NCBI GenBank assembly: GCA_002787695.1
Contig: PCXL01000011.1
Location: forward strand, 1-58,851
Source of the DNA: Candidatus Zambryskibacteria bacterium CG10_big_fil_rev_8_21_14_0_10_42_12
GTDB taxonomy: Bacteria > Patescibacteriota > Minisyncoccia > Phycocordibacterales > 1-14-0-10-42-12
DNA: 58,851 bases
Reading direction: 5' to 3'
Numbering within the stretch: the stretch's first letter is position 1; every line of letters begins with the position of its first letter. This document shows, one piece after another, positions 18,592 to 28,445 of this stretch. Both the position numbers and the translations under genes were made by a program. A model generated the notes under the pieces. The model was not told where the DNA came from. It was given only the letters and a program-made list of their open reading frames with translations, and made no database searches.

Positions 18592-19617
18592 ATGCGATTG
18601 TTGATCCTCACGCAAGTGGTAGATAGAAATGATCCGGTTCTGGGTTTTTTTCATGAGTGGATTAATGCGTTCGCACTACATTTTGAATCAATTACGGTTA
18701 TTTGTCTCAAAAAAGGTGTATATAATTTACCTCACAATGTCCGTGTATTTTCTTTAGGAAAAGAAGAGGGGAAGAATAGATTTACGTACGTTCTGCGCTT
18801 TTTCACATGCATAATCTCATTACGCAACGAGTATGATAGCGTATTTGTTCATATGAACCAAGAGTATGTTTTACTCGGTGGCATTATATGGAAAATATTT
18901 CGGAAAAGAGTCTCTATGTGGAGAAATCACCATGCGGGAAGTTTTCTAACAGATATAGCTAGTTTTTTTTGTGATCAGGTTTTCTGCACATCTAAATATT
19001 CATATACGGCAAAATATAAAAAAATTATCTTTATGCCAGTTGGTATTGATGCGGATGTTTTTTATCCAAGGGATGTTACGAGAAAGAATAATACATTATT
19101 ATTCATTGCACGCATTGCACCTCCCAAAAATCTGCACCTGATTATCGATGCGCTCATTATCTTGAAACACAAAGGGTTAGATTTGGAATTAGACGTCTAT
19201 GGCGCGCCACTACCTAAAGATGAAGCATATTTTGAGAACATTAAACAATCTGTAAAAACACATAGGCTCCAGGTTATATTTCATGGTCCCATTAAAAACA
19301 CTGAGACTCCGTCTATATATACAAGCCACGATATATGTATCAACATGAGTTCAAGTGGTATGTATGACAAAACTATATTTGAGGCTATGGCGTGTGGCTG
19401 TCTTTCAATAGCCTCAAATAAGAATCTTGTTGGCTTAGTAAAGGATATATTTATTGTGAATCAAGATGATGCTCATGATCTCGCGCAAAAATTAGAGACG
19501 ATTGTAGGACTTGATTTAGAGCAAAAAAACGCTTATCGTTCCGAGCTAAGAAACATTGTGGTTATGCATCACAGTCTCCGGTCTTTAGCAGAAAAAATTC
19601 ATACCGTACTTTTATGA
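18592..19617 (+). CDS. Glycosyltransferase family 4
   Basis: LTQVVDRNDPVLGFFHEW, ARIAPPK, DKTIFEAMACG. Confidence 0.88.
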   Translation: MRLLILTQVVDRNDPVLGFFHEWINAFALHFESITVICLKKGVYNLPHNVRVFSLGKEEGKNRFTYVLRFFTCIISLRNEYDSVFVHMNQEYVLLGGIIWKIFRKRVSMWRNHHAGSFLTDIASFFCDQVFCTSKYSYTAKYKKIIFMPVGIDADVFYPRDVTRKNNTLLFIARIAPPKNLHLIIDALIILKHKGLDLELDVYGAPLPKDEAYFENIKQSVKTHRLQVIFHGPIKNTETPSIYTSHDICINMSSSGMYDKTIFEAMACGCLSIASNKNLVGLVKDIFIVNQDDAHDLAQKLETIVGLDLEQKNAYRSELRNIVVMHHSLRSLAEKIHTVLL

Positions 19618-20657
19618 GGATTTGTTATTTTGGTATTTACGAGCCCACTTTTGGTAGAAATAAGACATATATAGAGGCCTTAAGATCTCGTGGTCATCAT
19701 GTAATAGAGTGTAGGGATGATTCGCCAGGGATCAAAAAATTTTTTAATCTTTGGAATAAACACAAGCATATTGAGGATATGTATGATGTGCTTGTTGTTG
19801 GGTATCCCGGTCATGTTGTGGTGCCGTTTGCGCGTCTGATATCTTCTAAAAAAATTATCGTAGATGCACTCGGATCTTTATATGATGCTGAAGTTAATTC
19901 TCATTATCCTTCCTTATGGAAAAAAATAAAAAGTTATCTGATTGATTGGTTAATGATTATGTTTGCTCATAAGGTTATGTTGGAGACATACGAGCAAAAA
20001 AAATTCTTTGCTCATAAATTTGGTTTTGCTCATAAATATGAAGTCATATATACAGGTGCTGACTCAAAATTTTCAGGGGCATATAGGCATGATACGTATG
20101 ATAAAACGTTCCAAGTGTTATTTAGAGGCAAGCTGACGCCCGAATCTGGCATCATGTATATTTTGGAAGCTGCGAATTTATTAAAAGATTATGAGCACAT
20201 TCATTTTAAAATTATTGGAAATGGATACTTTTCACAGGATGTCATGGCGTACATAGAAAAACATAAACTTCGCAACATCACGATAGATTCTCGATTTTTA
20301 TCTGATAATGAATTAGTTTCTTCTATCTACAATTCAGATGTGATGCTTGGCCAGTTTGAAAATAATCCACGACTTAACCGCACAATTCCACATAAAGCAT
20401 TTGAGGCATTTGCACTTGGTATACCGTATGTCACAGGTGATGCACCTGCTATCAAGGAGGTCAATTCAGATAAACAGGCGGCCTTTTTTGTGCCACTTTC
20501 GAGTCCTCATGCTTTGGCGGAAAAAATCAAAATACTCTCATACAGACCCCATATTTTGAAAGAAGTTGCAGAAAATGGACATCGTGTCTATCTAGAAAAG
20601 TTCTCTAGTAATGTGATCGGTCAAAAAATTGAGCAACTTATGGAGGATATTACATAA
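19614..20657 (+). CDS. Glycosyltransferase family 4
   Basis: FRGKLTPESG, IPHKAFEAFALGIP. Confidence 0.87.
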   Translation: MRICYFGIYEPTFGRNKTYIEALRSRGHHVIECRDDSPGIKKFFNLWNKHKHIEDMYDVLVVGYPGHVVVPFARLISSKKIIVDALGSLYDAEVNSHYPSLWKKIKSYLIDWLMIMFAHKVMLETYEQKKFFAHKFGFAHKYEVIYTGADSKFSGAYRHDTYDKTFQVLFRGKLTPESGIMYILEAANLLKDYEHIHFKIIGNGYFSQDVMAYIEKHKLRNITIDSRFLSDNELVSSIYNSDVMLGQFENNPRLNRTIPHKAFEAFALGIPYVTGDAPAIKEVNSDKQAAFFVPLSSPHALAEKIKILSYRPHILKEVAENGHRVYLEKFSSNVIGQKIEQLMEDIT

Positions 20658-20774
20658 CGCACGTGTATGTACAGAGATAGTTGGAAACATCGATGTTGTC
20701 ATTTGAAGTTTAGTATATGTGGTTCTAAGGAATATAATGTCAGACAGGATTGCAGTTATGTGCACATGTTTGTA

Positions 20775-21470
20775 TTAATTATCTTTAACGAATATAGAAT
20801 CTTCAAAAAGAATCTCGCCGTCTTTTGCTACTTTTTGATGAAGTGCACCACGATAGGTAAAACCGATCTTGTATAAGGATTCATAAATATCTGGAAAGAG
20901 TTTTTGACCTTCATACAATGGTACAAAAGAATTTTCTACAATAAGGGCTTTTGCTTGAGAGATGGTGTTTATTCCGCCGGCGATAACTTTATCTTCAAAT
21001 CCTTGAGTATCAATTTTAATCAAGACACGTTTAACAAGTTCGATATCTTTACAGATATCATCCATGCGCGTGACAGTTATTTCTTCTGGTGTTGAGTCTT
21101 TTGTGTGTGGGAATGATGTTTTGTGTTTTTCTGACATCGATAACATAGATGAGCTTAATGTATATGAACTTTTATGAATAACATCTTTTTTGTTTGAGTC
21201 ACCAAGTGCCATATGATACGCGGTAAATTTACTATCTTGTTCCTCTCGTTTTTTAAGTTCATTGAAACACTCTGCTAACGGTTCGAAAGAATAGATGTGT
21301 GCTTCTTTGAAAAAAGATCGTATTTCGTGTGCGAATTGACCAGTATTCGCTCCAACATCAATTATGGTTTTGATATCAAACTTAGTGAGCCAGTTTAGTT
21401 TTTGTGGTACGTGACGATATCGATGGATATCAAGACCAAATTTTTGAACAATTTTGCGTAGAGGGTTCAT
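20775..21470 (-). CDS. FkbM-family methyltransferase
   Basis: IIDVGANTGQF, YSFEPL, LIKIDTQGFE. Confidence 0.92.
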   Translation of the reverse strand: MNPLRKIVQKFGLDIHRYRHVPQKLNWLTKFDIKTIIDVGANTGQFAHEIRSFFKEAHIYSFEPLAECFNELKKREEQDSKFTAYHMALGDSNKKDVIHKSSYTLSSSMLSMSEKHKTSFPHTKDSTPEEITVTRMDDICKDIELVKRVLIKIDTQGFEDKVIAGGINTISQAKALIVENSFVPLYEGQKLFPDIYESLYKIGFTYRGALHQKVAKDGEILFEDSIFVKDN

Positions 21471-21473
21471 GTC

Positions 21474-23729
21474 CTAAGATTTAGTAGAACCATAATATAT
21501 CGAAATTGCTTTCTTGGGTAATCTTTTTAAGCGTGAAAAAAAATTTTTTAAATAATTACTGTACATTTTGACAACAATCTCTACTTTTGTCCTTATAGGA
21601 AAAGAAGATTTTAACAATGTTCGTAATTGATCATACCTGTTTTTATAAAGATGTTTTAAAAGTATAAATCGTCTTTTTATATCTTTCTGGGAAGCAAGGT
21701 GTTTGTTTTCTGTATGGTAAGCCGATTCGTTGTGTTTTCTGTATTTTCGCAATGTGCGTGGAAGGGATACAATCTCTCCTTTATTTGCTACTCGACTAAG
21801 AAATGGTACTTCTGATGCTCGCACAAGTTTCTTGGGCCACGGCATCTGAGAATATATAGTGACAATAGTATCTTTTCTCATGAGGCCATATATCGACAGA
21901 GCAACATGTTGTCTTAAGTCACGATAAAATTCATAGCATCGTAAGTTCCAAGGAATATTTTCTCTAATTTTATCTAACACAGCAGTGTACATATGATTAC
22001 CGCGTTCATCAATGATCTCAAAATCGGATGTCACTAAGATACATTTTGGGTTTTGTAGTAAGTATGTGAATGATTCATATAAAAAGTCATTCATGAGTAA
22101 ATCGTCTTGAGAAAGAAATGTTATAAAATCTGCCTGTGCTTTCTTTAATAAAAAATTATTATTCCAAAAACCGCCACGATTAATGTCATGTCTAATATAC
22201 CGTATACGATAATCTTTCTGTGCATACCCCAAACATATTTCCTGTGTTTTATCAGTTGAACCATCATCAGATATGATTAGCTCAAAGTTCTTATAACTTT
22301 GATCCAACACAGAAGTGATAGCTTCTCTAATATATTTTTCACCGTTGTATGCAGCGAGGCAAACACTAATCAGTGGTTGATCTTCAGATTGTTTTTGGTT
22401 ACCATCCATTAATGAACTTAATTGTGATAAGTGTATATCATGAGGAAAAAAATTATGATAGTTATGGATTGTGCCTTTAGTTTTTGATTGCCAAGATACT
22501 AATTGTCCAAGATTGTATATTGTCTCGGTGTTTAAAGTATTATGAGGGTTTTCAATGTATTTTTGGAAAGGTTTGCCGTATTCACCTTGTGATTCCAAAA
22601 AGATATCAAAAGCCGAAAAATTAGAATTTTCTGCCATGCCCCACTGTTTAGTTGTGGAGGGTAAAGACAGCACATGTTTAAAAACATCTGTCCAACTTGA
22701 AACCATTGTATTAATCGAAAAATGATGCGAAGCGTATTGCTTTGCATTTGCAGAAAGTTGTAGTCGGAGGTTCTTATCAAGATATAGTTTGTGTATTGCT
22801 GCAATATATTCGTCTGAATTTTTTGCAACTATACCCGTTATTCCATTTCTGACCATGGATTTTTCCATAGGATTTTCCAACACAACAGGAACAACTCCTG
22901 CGGCCATACTTTCAGCCAATGCTTGATCGCAGGTTCCATAATGTGTTGGTGATAATGGGTATCCAAACACATCAAATATCGATAGATATTGTGTGATATC
23001 AGACACTATTCCGGTAAATGTTATCTTTTTATCGAGCCCTAATTTTATAGCTTCTTCTCGTATCTTTTTCTCCGATGATCCTCCGCATACTATAAAATGA
23101 ACATTTGGTATATCTATTTTTGCGCAAAGATGTAAGAAATTTTTACTAATTTTTGCATAATCGACTGTGCCAATGTAGCCTATATTAAATCCGGTGTGGT
23201 TCTCATGTATTATCCGACTGAATTTCTCTATATTTCTTGTTGACCAGATCGTGTATAGATGCTGTTTTCTTTTTGCAGTAGTTTTTTGTACGGCTTTATG
23301 CTGTAGGCTAATGGGTGTTGTAAAGACAAAAATATTCGGGTATGCGATTATTTTTTCAGTTAAAACTTGTGGAGGATGAAAACCTGCTATATGACTCCAA
23401 ATTATAACGCGACTTCTTGGCAGTTTGTTGCGTACTAAAAAATCATACATCAGTGGATGATTCCACCAGTGTATTAATACAATGTCGCTCTGTTCAATCG
23501 CATCTAATATGTCTTGATGTCTATGTGCCATATGATCCTTGTATGCAATAGACATATTATGTAAAACATTGGTAACGTGATCATCGGTATATCCTAGAGA
23601 AATAACAGAATGAATGAAGTCTCTATCACTTCGTGCTTCATTCAAATAATCTATAAGAACGGATCCGACTCCGCCTCCAAGATGTGTTGTTATATGCAAT
23701 ATTTTTTTGGGTGTACTATAAGCTTGCAT
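21474..23729 (-). CDS. Fused GT4 + GT2 glycosyltransferase
   Basis: N-terminal HLGGGVG...ESMAAGVVPV (GT4); C-terminal PLISVCLAAYNGEKYI, SDDGSTD, SQDD (GT2). Confidence 0.88.
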   Translation of the reverse strand: MQAYSTPKKILHITTHLGGGVGSVLIDYLNEARSDRDFIHSVISLGYTDDHVTNVLHNMSIAYKDHMAHRHQDILDAIEQSDIVLIHWWNHPLMYDFLVRNKLPRSRVIIWSHIAGFHPPQVLTEKIIAYPNIFVFTTPISLQHKAVQKTTAKRKQHLYTIWSTRNIEKFSRIIHENHTGFNIGYIGTVDYAKISKNFLHLCAKIDIPNVHFIVCGGSSEKKIREEAIKLGLDKKITFTGIVSDITQYLSIFDVFGYPLSPTHYGTCDQALAESMAAGVVPVVLENPMEKSMVRNGITGIVAKNSDEYIAAIHKLYLDKNLRLQLSANAKQYASHHFSINTMVSSWTDVFKHVLSLPSTTKQWGMAENSNFSAFDIFLESQGEYGKPFQKYIENPHNTLNTETIYNLGQLVSWQSKTKGTIHNYHNFFPHDIHLSQLSSLMDGNQKQSEDQPLISVCLAAYNGEKYIREAITSVLDQSYKNFELIISDDGSTDKTQEICLGYAQKDYRIRYIRHDINRGGFWNNNFLLKKAQADFITFLSQDDLLMNDFLYESFTYLLQNPKCILVTSDFEIIDERGNHMYTAVLDKIRENIPWNLRCYEFYRDLRQHVALSIYGLMRKDTIVTIYSQMPWPKKLVRASEVPFLSRVANKGEIVSLPRTLRKYRKHNESAYHTENKHLASQKDIKRRFILLKHLYKNRYDQLRTLLKSSFPIRTKVEIVVKMYSNYLKNFFSRLKRLPKKAISIYYGSTKS

Positions 23730-24420
23730 GTACGTCTAGCCAACCTAGTGCTAATTCTCTATTATCTTTTTTTTTCAATTCTTTATAATGGATATATTGT
23801 GTTAAAGCGTCATCAAACGTTAGCCATTTGTCTTTTGGTAAATCGTTACCAAAAAAACCTGATGAATGTTCTGTAAATTTATATACACCTTCTCTCCTAG
23901 GGTGGTTTAATTGATTGACCAGCTGAAATTTTTTATAACCTGCTACATAAAGCCAAGAAAATAATGCGTGATATGTTTGTTTAGATGTTTCAAATGATAC
24001 AAATTTTGGTTTTTCTTTAAGAGAGAATAATTCTTCTGCAACCATTGTATCACAACCCTCAACATCAACTTTTACGTAAAAAGGGGTGCCATAATCTGAG
24101 CATAATTTACTTAAAGAAACCGGGTGTACTGTTACGATTTTGGCTTTAGATCCATCTATTTCGGCTAATCTCTTATTGCAACTGCTCCAGTCAGATCGAT
24201 TTTGATTGATATAAAATTTAATTGGTTTATTGCCGGTATGCACAGCTTTGTTAAGTAGGGTGAGTTGGTTCTTTTGTATGTATGTTTTGAATCTATCGTT
24301 GCCGTTATGAACAAGTGTTGGATTTGCTTCAATGGCTACAACAGAGAAACCTTTGTGAAGGTAAAAATCTGTATCATCACCATTATGGAACCCTAAATCA
24401 AATATAAGTTTTTTATTCAT
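23716..24420 (-). CDS. FkbM-family methyltransferase
   Basis: IFDLGFHNGDD, AIEANP, VKVDVEG. Confidence 0.88.
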   Translation of the reverse strand: MNKKLIFDLGFHNGDDTDFYLHKGFSVVAIEANPTLVHNGNDRFKTYIQKNQLTLLNKAVHTGNKPIKFYINQNRSDWSSCNKRLAEIDGSKAKIVTVHPVSLSKLCSDYGTPFYVKVDVEGCDTMVAEELFSLKEKPKFVSFETSKQTYHALFSWLYVAGYKKFQLVNQLNHPRREGVYKFTEHSSGFFGNDLPKDKWLTFDDALTQYIHYKELKKKDNRELALGWLDVHASL

Positions 24421-24429
24421 ATTTTGTAA

Positions 24430-25575
24430 TTATTTTTTTATGCGCTCCCTTGGAACTGCATACAGTACTGCACCGGTTCCTGCCCATGTGTGCATCCGTA
24501 TATAGTATGTGTAATCTTTTAGTGTCTGCATTAACAATAAGGGTATTTTCCAGATACCATCAGCATTGTGATAAATAGTGATGGCAAGAATAGGTCGATA
24601 TTTTAAAATAGTTTTTATCGCACCTTTTAGTGTATTAAACTCGGCGCCTTCTAAATGCAGTTTTATAAATGTCGGTGCTAGATTTAGAACATCTATTTTT
24701 TTAGTGGGTACAAGGATATTTCCTTTTTTGTGTAGCTGTGAAGAAAAATTGAATCCCGAAAAAAAACGTTGGCGACTATTGCGATTAGAAAAAGCGCATG
24801 AGAATAGTGTAACCCTTGGTAGTTTACTTATTGATTTTGAAAGTGCCTTAAAGTTTTGAGGATCTGGTTCAATGGCATATATGTGTGAATATGAGTATTG
24901 AGTAATTTCGGCAAACTTTCTCGAAACATCACCTGTATGCGCGCCGCCATCAATGAAAATTTCTTGGTTATGTAATATGTTTGTGATTTCAGGGATGAAG
25001 AAGCGATGGGTATTATTTACGGTAAAATTTTTTAAAGACAGTTCTCTTTTTGAAATTCTCCATGCAAGGAATTGCGCATAATGTTCTTTAGAGTTGGTAT
25101 CCTCCAGAAAAGAAAAAACCTTTCTGATGTTTTCTTTATCCTTTTTTGTTAATTGTCCTTCCCAGACCCACCCGTTATTGAGAGGATATATTTTATTATA
25201 TGCTTGACTCACATTGTAAAAGAATTCTACATCTTCCCATCCTTCCTTCAATAATTTCTCTTTGAGGGGTGACAAAGGTGTTGTGACAATACACACGATG
25301 AGTAAACTATTTTTTTTATCGTAATCGGGTACTAAATCAGGGTGTATGACCTTCGTATGTTTCCATGTTTGATTTTTGGAATATTTGTCTGCATAGATAT
25401 CCACCGTATAAAGAAACGGTATGTGCAAATGGTTAAAAAAATCGTGAGCCATCTTACCCAAACTTCCTGCACCATAAAGAATGATCGACTTATCAATCAT
25501 TCTTGGTTTCCAATTTCGTTTGGATGCAAAAATATTGTCAAGTATTTTACTTGATATAGACGAAGATGATCTCAT
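24430..25575 (-). CDS. FkbM-family methyltransferase with N-terminal extension
   Basis: FIDGGAHTGD, AIEPD, FIKLHLEGAE, RPILAITIYH. Confidence 0.85.
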   Translation of the reverse strand: MRSSSSISSKILDNIFASKRNWKPRMIDKSIILYGAGSLGKMAHDFFNHLHIPFLYTVDIYADKYSKNQTWKHTKVIHPDLVPDYDKKNSLLIVCIVTTPLSPLKEKLLKEGWEDVEFFYNVSQAYNKIYPLNNGWVWEGQLTKKDKENIRKVFSFLEDTNSKEHYAQFLAWRISKRELSLKNFTVNNTHRFFIPEITNILHNQEIFIDGGAHTGDVSRKFAEITQYSYSHIYAIEPDPQNFKALSKSISKLPRVTLFSCAFSNRNSRQRFFSGFNFSSQLHKKGNILVPTKKIDVLNLAPTFIKLHLEGAEFNTLKGAIKTILKYRPILAITIYHNADGIWKIPLLLMQTLKDYTYYIRMHTWAGTGAVLYAVPRERIKK

Positions 25576-25629
25576 GAATTAATGGATGTTCATAGGTTAT
25601 CAGAGAGTATTATAAAAGGGAAGGCGGCA

Positions 25630-26664
25630 CTAAGGTGCCGCCGTTTGGATCTGTACGAGTTTCGCGAGTAGCTCCTCTCGATACGGATCTATATTATCAG
25701 GAGAGCCGTGGGTAAGTTGCCCGCAACTGCCACAGAGAGGACTGTTCTTCCTCTCTCCCCGAAGCATCATCTCCTGCCAGGCACGAAGCTGAGCTCCGTG
25801 CCAGATATCCACGACGCTTTCGGTCTTTGTGTCGCCGATTCGTCGTTGCCTGTCCCAGTCGAGAAAGCATGTGCTCGCCGTGCCGTCCGAGTTGATCGAG
25901 AACGAGTAGAAGACATAAGGGCAGACGAGCACTTCGCTGGGAAGTGTTTGGCCGTAAATCCCGACCGTTTGGTTGACCTCGACGCCGTGGGCGTCGTAGT
26001 CGAACCCAGACCAGCACGACATCACGTGTTCGTCGTTGATTTCGTGACAGATGTCGCCAAAGCTCTGATAGAACTTATCTCGAGTGGCACCAGGTACAAC
26101 GTCGCTGTTGATCTTGATGTTGATCACCAACTTGTCTCCGCCGTTCTCGTAGAGGTAGCGGATGTTTCTGACCAGCTCGTCAAACCTTACTTTCCTACCA
26201 GAGAATTCAACGTACTGGTCGGTACTCATCCCGTAGATGGAGATATTCATCCTGTCGAGGCCGGCCTCGATGATGTCATCAGTCATCTTTCGGGTGAGAA
26301 GTATTGCGTTGGTGGTTGTGTCGATTGCCTCCGAGCAGTTCTTTTCCTTGGCGTAGCGGACCATGTCGGCGAAGCGCGGGTTTGAGAGTGGCTCGCCGTC
26401 CTTGTAAAGGCGCAGAACCTTGACGGGCCGCTCGAAGTGGCAGATGTCATCGACCACCTTCTTGAAGAGGTCGAACTTCATTGGTCCGTGGTTCCTCCCC
26501 TCGGTAACCCGCATAAGATCGTGGTCGCCGGTCGGACAGAACTTGCATTGCAAGTTACACCTGTCCGACGGGTCTACGTTAATGATGAACGGGACATCCA
26601 ATGGGATGCGTTGTTCAAGTTGCGGCCTTTGAAGCCGGATTCGAGGATGGATCTTTGCTTGCAT
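25630..26664 (-). CDS. Radical SAM protein with SPASM/Twitch domain, GC-rich
   Basis: CNLQCKFC (CX3CX2C), GEPL, TTNA, CPYVF...DG....C...W...IG, CGSC. Confidence 0.93.
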   Translation of the reverse strand: MQAKIHPRIRLQRPQLEQRIPLDVPFIINVDPSDRCNLQCKFCPTGDHDLMRVTEGRNHGPMKFDLFKKVVDDICHFERPVKVLRLYKDGEPLSNPRFADMVRYAKEKNCSEAIDTTTNAILLTRKMTDDIIEAGLDRMNISIYGMSTDQYVEFSGRKVRFDELVRNIRYLYENGGDKLVINIKINSDVVPGATRDKFYQSFGDICHEINDEHVMSCWSGFDYDAHGVEVNQTVGIYGQTLPSEVLVCPYVFYSFSINSDGTASTCFLDWDRQRRIGDTKTESVVDIWHGAQLRAWQEMMLRGERKNSPLCGSCGQLTHGSPDNIDPYREELLAKLVQIQTAAP

Positions 26665-26731
26665 TGAAGAACCTCTATAAAATATAATAAATTATTTTTT
26701 AATATTAGTCAACAAATTGTAGATATAAATT

Positions 26732-28021
26732 CTAGTCTACACGTTCTTTAAATTGTGTTTCCCAGTGTAAAAGTGGTCGAATGATCCCAGGAATTTTGCC
26801 AGTGTATTCGCCACGCGCACTTGTGCCGTCAAACGAATCAATAATATTAAATGCAACTGCATCGCGCTCTTCAAAGTGAACCGTAAATGGGGAGAGTGTG
26901 CTCATAGCTATCCAAACAGTATACCTGCCTTCTGATAGTAAATTACCTGGTATGGTTGCTGTGGTTGTATACATTCCTTTAGGACGTACTTTACCGCGCC
27001 ATGTTTTTTCATAATCACCTGCAACAAAAACGCAAATATTATTGTCATTATACAGGTGGTAATTTGGATATAATACATGTCCAGCCTCTTTGACTTCATA
27101 TGCAGCTTCAATGTCGATAGGGTGTCTAATATCAATCGAATCTGTTACTTTTTGATTCTGTTTAATCTTTACGGAGCGTAATGAAACAATGTTATCTCTA
27201 GACACTCTGTCAGCCCATTTCTTTGAGGCACGCGGACCAATATGAGAGTTCATGTAGAGATCAATTACGTCCTGAGTGTTTCCGAACATAACCACTTCTC
27301 CCTTGTTGAGTAGAATTGTCTTTTGGCAAAGTTGTCGAATGGCTCCCATATTATGACTCACGAACAAGATTGTGCGTCCTTGTTCTTGGGTCACTTCTTC
27401 CATTTTGCCGAGGCATTTCTTCTGGAACTCTGCATCACCAACGGCGAGTACTTCATCGACAAGTAAAATATCTGGTTCCATGTGGGCTGCAACAGAGAAG
27501 GCAAGACGTACATACATACCGGACGAATAACGTTTTACGGGAGTATCAAGGAATTTTTCAATGCCGGCAAATTTTACGATAGCATCAAAATTCTTTTCGA
27601 TTTCTGATTTTGTCATACCCAAGATGGCACCATTGAGAAAAATATTTTCTCTTCCTGTTAGTTCAGGATGGAAGCCGGTCCCCACTTCAAGCAAAGATGA
27701 AACTCTGCCGCGCATGATAACTTCTCCTTCTGTAGGTGGTGTAATACCAGTAAGTATTTTGAGTAGCGTTGATTTGCCCGCGCCGTTTGCACCAATAATA
27801 CCAATGACCTCTCCTTTTTCTATAGAGAGGCTAATATCTTTAAGTGCCCAGAATTCTTCTTTTTTAGAAAGGCCAATGGCGTCCTTTACCTTATGTGTGG
27901 CAAATCGAAATGGATTTTTAAATACATGAGCAAGCACATCACGAAGTGCGACATAACCCCCGCGCATATGCTGTATGTCGTATTTTTTTCCAAGATTTTT
28001 TATTTCGATAATCGGTTTCAT
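26732..28021 (-). CDS. wzt: Polysaccharide ABC transporter ATP-binding protein with Wzt C-terminal domain
   Basis: GANGAGKST, YSSGMYVRLAF, LLVDEVL. True start ATG 28021; the ORF-track extension to 28186 overlaps another gene. Confidence 0.94.
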   Translation of the reverse strand: MKPIIEIKNLGKKYDIQHMRGGYVALRDVLAHVFKNPFRFATHKVKDAIGLSKKEEFWALKDISLSIEKGEVIGIIGANGAGKSTLLKILTGITPPTEGEVIMRGRVSSLLEVGTGFHPELTGRENIFLNGAILGMTKSEIEKNFDAIVKFAGIEKFLDTPVKRYSSGMYVRLAFSVAAHMEPDILLVDEVLAVGDAEFQKKCLGKMEEVTQEQGRTILFVSHNMGAIRQLCQKTILLNKGEVVMFGNTQDVIDLYMNSHIGPRASKKWADRVSRDNIVSLRSVKIKQNQKVTDSIDIRHPIDIEAAYEVKEAGHVLYPNYHLYNDNNICVFVAGDYEKTWRGKVRPKGMYTTTATIPGNLLSEGRYTVWIAMSTLSPFTVHFEERDAVAFNIIDSFDGTSARGEYTGKIPGIIRPLLHWETQFKERVD

Positions 28022-28026
28022 ATAAG

Positions 28027-28445
28027 TAGTTTGTAAAGCCGAAAGTTCATAAAGTCTATAAAGTTTTGATAAATCCAGAAAGCATTTTTGATATCTCAAC
28101 TGATGCACCGTATGTCTTAACAAACTCTTTTTTTGAAATGTATTGTAATTCAATAGCCATATAGAGCATTGAGCGCACCTCTCCACAGGATCCTTTTGCT
28201 ATAAACAAAAAATATTTTAGTTCTTTGTTACTTTTTCTCTCGAAACCTTCGGCTATATTATTCATAATCGAAATTGAGGCTCGTTGAATCTGGTCTTTGA
28301 AACCAATATCTTTATGTTTCTCAAAAAGAGTATATACCAAAAGAGTCAGTTCTTTCGCTTTTTGCCATGCCATAATATCTTCAAATTTTTCTATTTTCAT
28401 ACTCGATGTTTACTTTTCACTTTATGAACTTTCTACTTTCAACTA
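28027..28445. mobile_element. Stem-bracketed single-gene cassette carrying the four-helix-bundle gene
   Basis: Perfect 15-bp IR GAAAGTTCATAAAGT (28041-28055)/ACTTTATGAACTTTC (28419-28433), imperfectly extended to 28027 and 28445. Mobility is inferred. Confidence 0.5.
28056..28400 (-). CDS. Four-helix-bundle protein (23S rRNA IVS protein / TIGR02436-like)
   Basis: FEDIMAWQKA, DQIQRASISIMNNIAEG, FLFIAKGSCGE, KML.GFIK.L. Confidence 0.93.
   Translation of the reverse strand: MKIEKFEDIMAWQKAKELTLLVYTLFEKHKDIGFKDQIQRASISIMNNIAEGFERKSNKELKYFLFIAKGSCGEVRSMLYMAIELQYISKKEFVKTYGASVEISKMLSGFIKTL

Noticed and set aside
18588-19617. Alternative genetic code 25 (TGA=Gly) as in Gracilibacteria/Absconditabacteria
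   Set aside because: Genes end cleanly at TGA (18590, 19617) with the next gene starting immediately; full-length proteins are obtained with code 11.
25697-26667. Long plus- and minus-strand ORFs overlapping the radical SAM gene (e.g. 25708-26385, 225 aa)
   Set aside because: Shadow ORFs expected in a GC-rich gene; the CX3CX2C frame is the real one.
28056-28400. Diversity-generating retroelement, since the four-helix bundle resembles Avd
   Set aside because: No reverse transcriptase and no TR/VR pair differing at adenines seen in the window.
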